A DNA stretch of 63,750 bases, filler included, from Intoshia linei (lineage: Eukaryota > Animalia > Orthonectida): assembly GCA_001642005.1 (NCBI GenBank). It is 8 parts of 8 records of this genome, joined end to end, with 100 filler letters (N's around TTAATTAATTAA, not from the genome) between each part and the next. Parts side by side here need not be neighbours in the genome. Positions count along the whole stretch, not along the records: positions 11,047 to 23,863 come from LWCA01001052.1; positions 23,964 to 30,720 come from LWCA01001642.1; 6 more parts are not named here. One strand, given 5' to 3'. The notes under the pieces were generated by a model. It had not been told where the DNA came from and made no database searches. It saw only the letters and a list, made by a program, of their open reading frames with translations. Below are positions 13,075 through 26,539 of this stretch, in pieces (positions within the stretch are counted from its first letter, which is position 1; the number at the start of each line of letters is the position of its first letter). The position numbers and the translations under genes were made by a program.

Positions 13075-16000
13075 CATGTCCATTAATCAATTGATACAAT
13101 TTATAACATTTAGTAGAGTTGCCGCATTTGTTAAATTTTGTTAATATTCGAACTATAACATCAATAGTTGTATCTGTATGTCCTATCTAAAAAATCTACA
13201 TTGCATTCATTTTACAGTACATTTTACACATGAATTCTAATCATTAGACTGTAATACCACTAAGTTTTTAGATAAATTTATTAATGTTATTTATTAATGG
13301 ATATTATTATTAGAACTAACATAAAAAAATTACATAACTGAAAATTTTTTTCTATTGTATATTACGGGGTATTGTACATATAGTCGACGATCTAAAAACG
13401 ACGTCTTTCTAATTAACGAATTTTTTCAAAATTCTGAGTTTTCTACTGAATTTTAACCATATTGATTTTTGAATATTATTTTACTTTGATATTCCAAAAA
13501 TTGTTATTTTGACTTAACGATTTGAAAATATGACGTTAACTATGAAAAAGTGACTTTATGTTTTGAAAACATGACGTCAGTTACGAAAAACCGACTTTAT
13601 GTACTGAAAATGTCTATAATAGCTATGCTGTTCAAAAACATAATTTTTTAAATGTTCTTATTTTTTTTGAAAAAGGTAGCCACCATTTTATAAAAATTTA
13701 GATTTTATAAGATTCTTTTACATCAGGCAGTGGGCCAAAAGTGGCCAACAGAATAATTTTGGTGACTCTTTGAGTAAAATATGTAAATTATTTATTTTTC
13801 AATTTTTAAACACTGTTTTAAACATTTTCTACTATAATTGGCTCATTATAATCATTTTAATTCTCGATTTTTAGTTAAAATTGGAATGTATTATGTGTTT
13901 GTAGTATAATTAGTAAGATTTAAATAAGAGCTTTTAATAGAACAAGCAAATTCAACTTAGGTTGATAATATAGATAAATAACAATCAATCTCATCTTCAA
14001 TCTTCATAGTGATATTATATAGCATTACAGTGTTAATTTTCAAAAGCGGGCCCGTAGAATTTTTTGATATAAAAAAGTGACACATGAGATGCAAAAGGTT
14101 GCCGACCCCTGTTTTACATGAAATTAAATGTTATATTATTTTCAAATTAGTGCTGGTTATCGATAAACATTTTTCGATTCATTTTCTATTCTAATTATTT
14201 TAATTATTAATAAACTTTTCTCATCAATTCATTTTGACAAAAACACAATGTTACCAACCCTTTAGGGCAGTGCTTACCGATCCAAATAGTGTACGGACCC
14301 ACATTTAAAAATATATTTTTTTGAACAAAGGAAGCATGAAATATAAAACATTTATAAAAAAATTGAAGGTTTTTTATCATAAGATTTGGTAAAATCTTGT
14401 TTGATTGTTTGAAAAAATATTGGAAAAAGAGGATATTTCTCTGAAACGTTGATAAAAATATGTTTTTTAAAAAAATATTGCAAAAAAGGGGATTTTTTCT
14501 TTAAGTGTAAAATTGGATTTTTTATTTTGGTTTTTGGATTAAAAAGATATTGCTCATAAAATTTGGTAAAATGATATTTTTGAAAAAAAATGATTATTCC
14601 CTTCAGGGTTGGTAAAATTGCATTTTTTATGTTTTGGTTTGATTAAGTGGATTTTTCAGAAAAGTATCTATAAATTTCGATTTTCCCTGACGGTTTGAAA
14701 TGATATTTTTTGATAAATTCTATTAATGGTAGGATAGAAGTGAGATTTTTGAAATAATAATGTAGCGGTTGTCTACCCTTTAGGATACATTCCCAACACC
14801 TAGAAATTTTTTAAGAAATAGTAAGAGTTCTATAAAAATAAACAAAAGATAATAAAAAGTTTTCTATATTTGATTTCAATCTCACGGATCCCCAGGCATG
14901 TAATTTTCAACTGCATTTAGTCCATAACCCCAATCGGGTAACCACTATTTTAGAGAAAATTCTTTCAAAACAGAGTATAATAAATTTAAAAAAAAATTTT
15001 TTATTTTGTTATCGATAAACAGGGATGGCTGATTTGCTATTAATAGCAATACATTTTGCTGTTAAATTAAAAAGTACTTGCTGTCTTTACACCAAAAAAC
15101 AGCAGCGCTGTTTCCATCCCTGTCGATAAATATGATTTTTATCTATAATTTATTAATCAAACTTTATTTTTTACTTTTTTTCGAAATAATGCCTTAAACT
15201 CTTCTCTAAATACTTGAAAAAGGTAAAATTTGATTTAATAGTATATATGTTATAGCAAGGACAGCTTAAACCTGTCCTTGGTTATAGTAATGAATTATTA
15301 ATACCACTATGCTTTTATATATAAGACCATTAACTTTTGGACGCAAATAGTATTTGACACGAGCTATTTCATATTTTCGTATTATTTTGGAATTTAATTG
15401 AGGTATATTCTAAAAAGGACTGTATTATAGTATTATTAAACTATAAATGATTACAATAATATTATTTTCATAAAATGTATTTGATATAGCATCGTCTTGA
15501 TATTTCATCACACTAAATTGAAACATAAATGTTAATGTAAAAGAAGATATTGACAATCTTGTTATTCCTAATATAATAATTAAATTTTTATTTAAAATTA
15601 CTGAATTCTATCAGCTGTACCATACCCAATTTTTGGAGTAAGTGGTTCAATTTTTAACGACATTTGATAACTACATTTGAATTCTTGATTAAATTTGATT
15701 ACAAGATTTATTACGCTTCATCTACTGAACATTGCTGCATATTGTCATAAAAGTCTTGAAAATTTTGAATACAAGTGACATTGTATTTATTGTTTTGCAT
15801 CAATTTTAAATTTGCTAAAATTTCATATTCTATCCTTTTTTTTTCAACGTTTATGATATTTTTATTTGAGGTGGTATGTTCCATGTCTATTTTTATCAAA
15901 TCATTTAGAAATAAACCGATGCATGGTATTAATCCAAATTTTCTAGTGTGTTTCTAGGTTTTGATTTAGGAAGTTATTTATTTTCGTGATTTTTATTTTT

Positions 16001-19000
16001 ATTATACCTTATTTATGGAATTTTTGTATCTGCATTTATTTATGTTTTTACTGTTAAAGCAAGTATATCCGTCGGCTTCAGTGACTAATATTTCCCGTGA
16101 TTCTTTGTTCATTTGATTCATTTTAAAGAGTTGAGAATGCTCGGAAAAATTTTTAATTAGAGCTCTATATAAGAATTAATAAAATAACATAATAGTATTA
16201 CCCGCTAATTAAGTTCCAAACACTTCTTAGTCTGTAAATTGCAACTGAGCGTAAAGCTGATAACACTGATTTCAATGAAATGTAGTTTTTTAAGTCTCTT
16301 AAATGCTAAATAAAAAATTTAAACCGGTGTTTTAGTTTTTTAAAAAAACTAATTCTATTCCACGACACTTATATCCGTATGTATGACAATGTAACAATGT
16401 ATGAGTCAATCCTAATTTTTATAAATTACATTGCACGTTAAAATCCAGTATTCAATTTTGCTGGCATAATTACTAGTGTTTCTATTTGTTGAATACAAAA
16501 TATCATGCAATACTCGAAAAATGAGAGAATTTGATTGAGTAATAATCCGGTGTACAGTTGGACTATTTATTTGTTTGTTTTTTGTGTTCCAAAAATGTCC
16601 TAAACACTCGTGTAGTTTTAGTTCTTTAAAAATTTGCTAAATTCAAACTTGTAAATAAGTAAAAATTTATAAAATGTGTGTGTCCGTGTGTATGTAACAA
16701 TTTTATCATCATTATATGAAATTTGTGTCCTCATACTTAAAACCCAAATTATCCATTACTTTCAAAAATGAAAAAAATTAGTCTTAGAATCTAAAATAAT
16801 AATGAATAATTTTTTTCTCCAATATTAACACCTCACGGTCAAAAAGGCTAGCATCAAAGCTGAACCGTTCACGAGACTTCCGTACCACCAGCAGTGATAT
16901 TTATTATAAAAATTATATTTTTCAATAGAATAACTATCACGTCAAGGCCCTGGAAATATGGTTAGTGGCTAGGGTTGGCAATCGATAAATATTTACCGTT
17001 AAATTATCGGTAAAAATATATTTATCTGTAAACTTTTTTTAAAATTTATAACCGCAAATTAAATTTTATAAATATTATAAATTTAATTGTATCAATCTGT
17101 TTTATTGCAATGCCTATTACTATATTCATTGTTTGTCTGATTGTTTCTTTCATTGTAATATATATCCTAACTTATATTTATTATATTTTATTTTTTTATT
17201 TTTTTTTATAAACCACTTTTTTGCGTATCAGTCTGTCCGTCTCTTTGTGTTATCGTTTATTTCAATAAAAAAGAGTTCTAGAATTTTAACAATCATAACT
17301 TATAAGTCAGATTTTTCCGGAAAGAAAGTAAGATAAATTTAACCTTCGAAACTCATATCTTACGGGTTAAAAACCCTAATTATCCTTTTTTTTGAAAATC
17401 AAACGAGTCTTATAATTTAAAAAAAAAAATTATAGTTCATACAGTTATCTCCAGTTAACACACACATAAATTTTTCATCTCACTAAAAAATTACATTAAA
17501 TTGACAATATAATACTATTTCAAAAAATAATGTAAATATGTTTAAATATATTATAAATATTTCTAGACTATATTAGTTTTGATATTGAAAAAAAATTTAC
17601 CCGCAATTTATCGTTACAAATATATTGGGTAAATTGCCAACCCTACAAGTTGGAATATGTCATCACTCACCGTTTGCTTAAATTTTTTAAATGTTTTATT
17701 TTTGATTTGCATGGCCTAGAGCAGTGGTTCTCAACCTTTTTCAGTATATGGACCCTTTAGCTATTTTATATTATTCGTGGACTCCCTATTAAAAACCTGG
17801 TCTTGCCACTGATGAGTTACTCAGAGGGATTTGACGAGTAAATTCAGTTGGATTTTTATTCATTAAAGACGAAACAGCTACAGAAATAGCTGGTAAAATT
17901 ACAGTTTCTCCCAGTGTGTAAAGTAAACCTTTATCTATCTTAATAACTTATTGAAGATATTTTTCATTTTAAGCGATTTAATATTGTCACTTAGTTTTGT
18001 AAAATACTGTAGTGATGGATTTTTTTCGTTTCCCCAAAATTTATTTGTGGGCCCCAAATTTTTCTTGTGAACCCACTAGTAGTGTAATTTCTCCTGTGGA
18101 CCCCTTGAGAACCACTTTACATGAGTATTGTAAATTCGGTTCTACCTACCATACACCGCTACTTACATTACATTACATTTACCGTTATATACACCGTACA
18201 AATTTTCAAATATATTATTATAATATATACAAAATCGATATAAGTTATTTGTTCCGCAAATATGTATGTTTTGAATAGAGTATATAATTCATTACTATTG
18301 ACCGAATGTTGAAACTTTATAGGTTTTTTTATATTAACAGCATCTATTTTGGCTATACCTAATTTAAGTCATTATAAAATTAAAAATCCGTAGCTAAATA
18401 TATCCTTTACTTATATAAAATGGAATTACTGTATCATACAGACTGTGTGTGTTACCGTTTATTTAAAAAATTTATTATCTAATTTCTAATACAAAGTTTG
18501 GCGGGTAATGTTTATATCTAAGTTTCATTTCCTTCAATTGTGTCCTTCAAGGTGAACAACACAATTTCTCTTTTTTAAAAAAAATACAATATGCCCAAAA
18601 TTTTAATAAATCATAAATTATTAAAATTGTCGTAAATTAAGATGATTAGCCCCAGGAACAAACATGGTCATGGTCAAAACCAAAATTACCCTTTGTTTTA
18701 AAAATCAAAAAAGTCGTACAATTTTATTAAAAATAAATTCTAGGATATTTTTTAAAATCATAATCATTATCATAAATGGTAACCTCAAAGTTTAAAGATA
18801 TAGTTTAATAAAGATTAAGCTTACCACTATCATGTTTAGCTTGATGTAGCCATGTTAAATAAATATTCTTTAAATAATCATAAAAATCTATGTCTATTGA
18901 TTTAAAAAATTGTTTCAATTCTTTTAATAATTTGAATTCTGGTGGAGTATTGAATTCATAACTGTATTCCTCAATCCATGCACGTATAAAAGACTTTAAG

Positions 19001-19396
19001 CAGCTAAATAAACGTATTGATAAATCAAATTAACCAAAAAGATCAATTATATAATTGTGTTGTTTTATAATAATTTTTAATAATTATTAACATGTAAACT
19101 AGTTTATTGTAATAAAATTTACTAAGATGATTTTTTTTTAATTTCGCCACAACTTTTGTAAATTTTCATATATCTAATTTTTAAAATTTAAAAAAAACTC
19201 ACGTGTTAATAGTATAAATAAACCTACTAATAATACACGTTTGAAGAAATTCAGAGTTTGTGAAAGAAGGATATGTTAGTAAAACTATTCCATATATGGA
19301 TGCATCAACGAAACTTTCATATGATAGCGAAATTTCATAAACAAGTTTTTCCAAGTTTGCGTGTGTTATAATTCTACTAGTCGTTCCATTTTTATC
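13075..19396 (-). CDS. RalGDS/RGL-family Ras guanine nucleotide exchange factor (REM + CDC25 + RA); true start and stop lie somewhat outside these limits
   Basis: REM: HANLEKLV...LLTYPSF (19203-19396) and RAWIEEYSYEFNTPPEFKLL (~18825-19003). CDC25: ECLGHFW...SPTV...KIEYWI (~16430-16636), LKNYISLKSVLSALRSVAIYRLRSVW (~16202-16305), IPCIGLFLNDL...INVEKKRIEYEILANLKLMQ (~15715-15953) and YQMSLKIEP. RA: NGLIYKSIV (~15305-15380) and IGHTDTTIDVIVRILTKF...YKLYQLI (13075-13186). Confidence 0.88.
13724..14111. mobile_element. hAT MITE
   Basis: Perfect 8-bp TSD TTTTACAT (13716-13723 and 14112-14119). Ends CAGG...CCTG. Confidence 0.75.
14268..14947. mobile_element. hAT MITE, CAGTG..CCGATT family, carrying a ~30-bp minisatellite
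   Basis: Ends CAGTGCTTACCGAT / ATCGGGTAACCACTA. Degenerate TSD CTTTAGGG / TTTTAGAG. Related to 20952-21323, ~35040-35423, 38914-39508 and 42577-42780. Confidence 0.7.
15020..15122. mobile_element. 103-bp Ac/Ds-like hAT micro-element
   Basis: TIR CAGGGATGG / CCATCCCTG. Perfect TSD TCGATAAA (15012-15019 and 15123-15130). Confidence 0.85.
16970..17645. mobile_element. TIR element (TAGGGTTGGCAAT ends) with a nested Helitron fragment
   Basis: 13-bp perfect TIR TAGGGTTGGCAAT / ATTGCCAACCCTA. No clear TSD. 17220-17480 matches the Helitron family. Confidence 0.6.
17722..18117 (-). mobile_element. Internally deleted Buster-type hAT element with a transposase remnant
   Basis: TIR CAGTGGTTCTCAA / TTGAGAACCACT. 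Minus strand ~17795-17938 reads GLLYTLGETVILPAISVAVSSLMNKNPTEFTRQIPLSNSSVAR, like the Buster/ZBED5 motif 'TIGE.LILPA...IPLSN.TV.RR'. Confidence 0.75.
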
Positions 19397-20951
19397 CTAA
19401 ATTCTATCAATTTGTAAAATGGTATATTAATTTTAGTCACTAAAATATTTTTATATACACTAGTAACGATTTTTCAAAAATTTCATGAAATAAAGAAAAA
19501 ATTAAAAACATGAAAAAATGTTGAATTCACATTTTTTCGATATTATTCAAAAGATAAATTCGTATTGATTAGAGTTGTCATACCCTTGTATCAACCTGTA
19601 TTAATGATAATTATAAATACCTTATGAACTATATATCGAATATCTGAAGTCATTTCTTGATCACAAAATTATTTAAATATAAATGTATTAATTTTATATT
19701 GATTCAACTGCAGTCAATTTACAATTGCTAAAGTATATAGTGACAGATAGTGGATGTCTATAAAGTTTAAATTTTGTAAAATAAACAAGTTTAATTTAAT
19801 TAAATAGAACAGGATGGTCAAATTATTCTCTAATAATGGCTAATATAGATTCAATAAATAAATAATCCACACAAACATGTTTCTGAGATATGCTAGTGTA
19901 TATTAATCATAAAATCATTAAAATATGAAAAAATAGATAACTTTTAGGATCAAATTTTTTTGTTGTCTTTTCGATTTTAGTTTATATTGTGGGCGTGTTA
20001 GAAACAAAAATAAAAATTAATATTGAATTTTTTTAGATTGATGGCCAGATGGATCGCCATCAATTATTTAAAATGATACATAAATAGGGAGGTGTGGTGA
20101 ACTGGAGCACGTGGCACGTGCTCCTCTGGTATTTGCGATATGTCACTTCTTCTTACATTGTACTCTGTCATTAAAGTATTTCTTTAATTAAAATGCATTA
20201 AGCTGAATTGTATATGCTATTGTCAAATAGTGTTACCAATAACTAAAATCTCAAGCCAAATATTATTTACTTGATATCATTAAATTAAGTAATTAATCAA
20301 TCTACCTTAAACTATGATCTCATGCTCTGTTTATATTGTATATATTTTATGTATAAATACAAAATAATAATTATACTAATAATAACATAAATTGTAATAT
20401 TAGACAAAAACTTAAATTTAGGTCAAAGATATTTATGATTATTAATCGATATAAATTTCATTGTTTAATGAATGGCTAATTAACATTGCAATTACAATAG
20501 CATTAATTTTCAGGTTTCAAAAAAAAGTTTTGTAAACATAATATTGCAAAGAAAAAATTTTAAACTGTCAATTACAGAATGTAATCCTTTTATACGAAAT
20601 AATAATCAATATTTATATCTGGTTTAAATGTTTGTAATTTATGAATTTTGATTATTCTGTTTTGGTTTTATTAGTTTGGTGGCATGAAATTGAAACGAAA
20701 ATGTACGATATATAATAATTTTTGTTAAAAATTTATTTTTAATGTTACATTTTATATTTCAGACCGAAAAAGATTGTCAAATTCTAAAATTTCAAGTAAT
20801 TCATCGTATCAAAGTAACATCTCAAAGAAAAAATCTATTGGTATTGCAGAAAATGAGGAAAATTTAAAAATTGATAAGCTATGTATAATTTAACTAACAA
20901 TAATATATAATTTAATTTAAATTGTAAATAAAAATATCGGGACTTGTAGAG

Positions 20952-21323
20952 CAGTGGTTTCCGATTAAAGGTCGGTGAGATTTAAATAAAATATACAAAA
21001 ATTTTTAAAAAGAATTTTTAATATTTATTACAGTTGCCAGATGTTTGAAATTTAAAACGAAACCTAGACGACCGTTACATTATTATTTCAAAAATCCCAC
21101 TTTTATCCCATCATTTATAAAATTTAATAAAAAATACCATTTCAAAACTTAGGAAAAAATTGAATTTTACAGATATTTTTTAAAAACATTATTTTATCAA
21201 ATCTTATGAGAAAAAACCTTTAATTTTTTCATAAAAGTTATATATTTCATGTTTCCTTTAAAGTAAAAAAAAAATAAATATTTTGAAATGGGGTCTGTAC
21301 ACTTTTTGAATCGGAAATCACTG
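20952..21323. mobile_element. hAT MITE, CAGTG..CCGATT family
   Basis: TIR CAGTGGTTTCCGATT / AATCGGAAATCACTG. TSD TTGTAGAG / TTGTATAG. Confidence 0.8.
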
Positions 21324-21379
21324 TTGTATAGTGAAGTTGAGGTAACTTTTAAAACCGCCGTATAAACCAAAAATAAAAC

Positions 21380-21740
21380 TAAGGAAATTTTTCTAAAGAT
21401 TCTAAGGGAAGTTCTGTCAAAAGAAGATTTTTTTCTAAAGAATTGGTAAAAGTTAATTTCTCACCATAGATCTCGCAAAAGGTGATTTTTTTTGAAGACT
21501 TTGTAAAAGTGAATTTCTCTTAAAAGGGTAGGTAAAAAAGGATTTTTATTAAAGTCTGGTAAATAGGATATTTTTTTGAAGGAATGGTAAAATTAGATTT
21601 TTCTCATGAAGGTAAGTATGATTGAGTTTTTTAAATTCTGGCAAAAGTACATTTTTCACTGAAGGGTGGTAAAAGAAGATTTTTTTTTGAAAGCTTATTA
21701 AAAGGGAATTTCTCTCAAAAAAGTAAGTAAAAGAAGATTT
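21380..21740. repeat. Degenerate ~30-bp minisatellite (AAGGGTTGGTAAAAGNGRATTTTTY-like)
   Basis: About 11-12 units with regularly spaced GGTAAAA-like cores. The same unit type occurs at 4360-4990, 5160-5280, 6010-6140, 14400-14700 and 39000-39310. Confidence 0.7.
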
Positions 21741-21940
21741 TCGAAATTTCTGAAATTCGTGACTTTACGAGAAATAGAAAAATGAATTCTGCAAAATCAC
21801 TCATTTTTTAAACATAAGAAAATACCAAACTTGGATCATCCAAATTATGAAATTTATATTGCCTTTAATGAGAATTTAATTTACACGGGACAACAGTTAA
21901 CACATGATAATTTCGATATAATTATCCATTTGAATAATAT

Positions 21941-22669
21941 ATGAATTTAGTGAAACATAAAAAGAAACGTAGGACAATAAAACTAGTCGCTGCTTGTGAT
22001 AGAGTGATCCAAAACCGAAAAATTTTTAATACTAGTCACGTCGGAGCGAATCATTATAGAAATTACCCTAAATTAAAAAACGGTGACATTGAATCAGAGA
22101 GTTGCCCTGATAATAGATTAATCCGCAGTAATACCAATAGAAATAGTCCACTATTAACTATACGTGGTAATTTGTCCAAACTCTCGACAGATTCAAGTAT
22201 GAGTTTTGGTCAAAAATCTTTTTATAGTTTACCTGAAATTAAAACCTTATTTCATACTAAAAAATACCCTGAAAAAATAAATGCAAACGAAATAAATCTA
22301 TTGAGACGGGATTTCATGTCAAATTATCCAATGCATCCAAACGTATTACCTATTATAAAATTTTACATAAATTCAAAATATGAAGGAAAAATTGAAAATT
22401 TAAAATTATCTCTAAACACTATACGGCCAAAGTTAACACTACAAAATATTCAAACAAATGAAATGAAACAAATAAAAGAAAAGTCAAATTTTCAACAAAA
22501 TTACATGTGTAACAATTTAAACGTTGCAAAACTTGTAAATTCTCTAAAATTTCCAAAATCTCCCAGAATTTCAACTTTTCATGAAAATATTCTAGTTTAT
22601 AAAAATCAAAGAATCAACCGATATAAAAATCAAATTAATTTATTTCATAATTTTTCAAATAAATTATGA
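21941..22669 (+). CDS. Hypothetical protein, probable terminal exon of a multi-exon gene starting ~19.9-20.8 kb
   Basis: A 242-codon ORF is unlikely by chance at this AT content. Candidate upstream exons lie at ~20763-20882 and ~21782-21895. No recognised domain. Confidence 0.5.
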   Translation: MNLVKHKKKRRTIKLVAACDRVIQNRKIFNTSHVGANHYRNYPKLKNGDIESESCPDNRLIRSNTNRNSPLLTIRGNLSKLSTDSSMSFGQKSFYSLPEIKTLFHTKKYPEKINANEINLLRRDFMSNYPMHPNVLPIIKFYINSKYEGKIENLKLSLNTIRPKLTLQNIQTNEMKQIKEKSNFQQNYMCNNLNVAKLVNSLKFPKSPRISTFHENILVYKNQRINRYKNQINLFHNFSNKL

Positions 22670-22976
22670 ATGACGACTTATTCTTTTTTAAAATTACACC
22701 ATTTTAAAAAAAATTATTTTTTCGAAAATGAAACATCTATATTTGATTAAACTATATTGTTTAAACGTTAAAGAAAAATTGTTGAATGTAATAGATTATA
22801 TTTTGTAAAATAAAGGTTAATCAAAATTGTTATTTTAAAAGTTTTAATTATAGTTATATAAAAACGACATTATTTTGTGAATGATTTAATACATACACAA
22901 TGTATAAATCTCAAGAAGTTGGGTATATTAATTTGTTTTTTATGCTAAACAGTAATGTTCTCTGATGTGTTAAATA

Positions 22977-23180
22977 CAGTCGATTCTGTTCTATATAAAC
23001 ATGAAGGGACCGGTTTTGATCATTTTCATACTATACTGTAATGTGAACATATAGGAATAGCGATAATAATATAATTAAAAGTTTCGAAATGTCTAATCAA
23101 TGTTTGTTCAAACAAAATTGTAGTGTTCATATTAAGATTAGTTCATATTCTATTATGTTCATATAGAACATAATCGACTG
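22977..23180. mobile_element. pogo/Tigger-type MITE (204 bp) with TA TSD
   Basis: TA|CAGTCGATTCTGTTCTATAT ... ATATAGAACATAATCGACTG|TA. A paralogous empty site lies at ~23630-23725. Confidence 0.85.
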
Positions 23181-26100
23181 TACTAGGAAAAAGCATTTAT
23201 TTTACAAATGCTATTATACAAAATTACCAATGCTAAATACACCCTGTATTATAACCGATCATAATCAAAATGGGTTATTTTAGATATTTAATTAAAGTAT
23301 CAATACAGTGTATACAGGTACGATTAAATATAATTCTATTAGTTGGCGGTATATTAAATGGTTTAAAACTAAAAATTTACCATGAAAAACATGAAAATAT
23401 ATGAAAATTTTTGGGCGAATTACGGAATTTTATTATACTAGTAGTATATATATATAAATTAACCGGGCGAATAACAAAATGGGCGAATAACGAAATGAGC
23501 TAATAAGGGAGGTTTTACTTTACACAAATTAAATTTCTAATTATAAATTTTTCATAACTAGCACAAAACTACACACTTAAAATACCCCATTTATACAAAA
23601 CATGCACTAAAAAAATACAGTATTATGTAAATCTCAAAACGTTGGGTATATTAATTTGTTTTTTACAGTACATGGTAATGTTCTCTGATGTGTTAAATAC
23701 TAGAAAAAACAATTTATTTCATAAATTTAACCAATGTCATAAATTTAAGAGAATAAGAATCTTTAAAAATTGCTTCTATCCTGAAATAATTGATTGATTT
23801 TGACTTTTGATATCATCACAAGTAATGTTGGATGCAACATGAAAATATTTTGGCCAACAATATNNNNNNNNNNNNNNNNNNNNNNNNNNNNNNNNNNNNN
23901 NNNNNNNTTAATTAATTAANNNNNNNNNNNNNNNNNNNNNNNNNNNNNNNNNNNNNNNNNNNNTTTATATTAATATTAATATTATTATTTGGATAGTTAA
24001 TTATTTCAAATTTTTTGTTTTTTGTTTTGTTTTGTTTGTGTTAATAAAATAGTTTCGAAATAAAAAAAAATGAATAGAAAAGTATTTTTTTGCCATGAAG
24101 AACTCAATTTCTGAAAATAAAATTTTAGATAAAACATTACCCTCAAAAAACTACATTTTAAATTGTCATTCTTAAAATTTTACGCTTCATACTTTCTTCA
24201 ATATCTGGTAACTGACAAATGAACAGACATACCTTTTTAACTACTTTTTAAAATAATTTATACAATTTTTAGGATTGTACTATTTTAAATTTATTTTTAA
24301 TATTATATAATCATTCTCTCTAATAAATTAAAAAAATCGGATGACAAAATTGTATTAAAATTTTTTTAAACAAATGTTAACAAAATAAAATTAAGTCGTT
24401 ATAATTCACATTAAATTAAAATTTATAATGAAATTACGGGTACATGGTAAAACAAGTTTGGAAACCACCTCTTTAAAAGATTAATAATAGTGAATAGTAA
24501 CATTTTTAATTTACATTTTTTTATTCATTTTATTTTTTGGTAGAATTAAAAAAGTCCGCCCTCGGCAGACCTAGGATGATGTTTGTACAAAGTATATAAC
24601 AGTCTAGCTAGTTAATTTATATAAGTAAAGATTACATCTAAAATTTATATTATATTAAAAAGAATGATGCTTGGATAACTGTAAAATGGGTGGGTCACTA
24701 ATGGGAAAATTTTAAATAATTAAATTAATTACACCATCGTATCCTTTTTTTGGAATGTCAGATTTTTCAGTATATTCTTTATCTAAATTAAAAATGTTTA
24801 AATTTAAAATAGAAATCAGACATTATACTTGTAACAGTACGAAACTACCTTGAAGTAATGTAGAACATTGTTTTTAATACTGCACACTGTGCAGTGCACA
24901 AATCTACAACCCAAGTTTCTTTTTTCTTACTAATCATAACGTTTTTGTATTATTCTCAATTATTTAAAAAAATAATATTGTTATTAAGTGAATATTAATT
25001 TTAACCACCATTTTGAAGCACTCCATTCGGTTAAATAATTAGAAATCAGTATATATTTTATAAAGCTTAACGTGTATATTTCATGGAAAATTACAATCAT
25101 TAAATACCTACATTGTAGGTCCTACAATACATGACAATGTCATGATGACATATATGTCATACATACATGTCTGTTATAATAACGAATAAATATAAACCTA
25201 TCTAAAAATATAAATTTCGTTAATTTGATTTATTATTATGTATATTTATAGATGATTATATAACCATTTATTAATTATAATAATAAATATGATATAATTG
25301 GAGTCTATGCCGAACTTACCGTAGCCGAAACCCTATTCAGGACCTCGACGAATTTTTGTAAAATGTAGGCCTCATTTTTCCAAAATGAGCATTAAAATTA
25401 TATATTCTTGAATATCATAACTACTACATATTATGTATATGTGTTAACTTTAAAACAAGAACCTTGAAAAAGTTACTAAGGATATATGACACTACGCATC
25501 ATTTGCGGAATTTTTTTTGGAATCATTTTAATTTTCGTGTGATGTATGTAGGTTTCGAGCTTGGTAGGTTCGGATATGGTTCAAGTTAACATATTTATTC
25601 TGAACTGATTGAAATTTTCTTCAAATACAAACTAAATAAAATCAGTTACTCCTCACTAATGCATGATAATTAACACTGTTGACTACTATAACAATATCAT
25701 CGTTAGCTGTATTTAAATTACTTTGATTGACACATTTTCTGATAGTGAAGTATCTGATATCGAATGTTCATCCAATATTAACTCTAAAAAATATGTTATA
25801 CAAATGTATATGTTATACTGTAACGAAAAACAGTATTTACTTTCGAGCGTACATTTCCCTTTTTATTAAAAAAAACTAATTTTTTTTTTATTAAAATTAA
25901 AAAAAGTAAGTAAAAATTGTAGATTAATATTTTGTAAGAGGTCTTGAAGATCCAGCAGTAGGCCGGGTTAGATGGAAATTGTAGGCCTTATAAATTTTTA
26001 TTTTAAATTAGGACGTCTATACATTCTTTAATCGATCGTTTATTGGCTAAAAATTAAAAATAACAGTTGCAAATCGTATTGGTCATCATAATTTGACATA

Positions 26101-26539
26101 CTTAAGAAATTTTCCTATTATAAGAAACATTATCTCTTAATAAATTAAAATATTAGACCCCTCATAATTGTAGGCCGCGCCATATGCCATATCCCTCTTG
26201 CCCACAGCCCTAGTGTAAGATTTCATTGCCATTTTTTATATGATAAAAATTAGATTAACATAAACTTGTTAATTAAACATACATATATGTTATACATACA
26301 TACATTTATATTTTAGTATAATTTTTAGTTTTTAAGATTTTTTTAAACCAAACTTTCAAGAGGGGCTTTTATGATTTTTATTGAATCTAACTTTTAAAAG
26401 GGTTTAAAAAACTTTTTTGAACCAAATTTTAAGAAAGGTTTTTAAGAAAACATAAATAAATATTCATAAAATTTTCATATTCTCACGACCCCCCTGATAA
26501 ATTTTGCGACCTCCCGGTTGAAAACCACTAATGTAGAAT

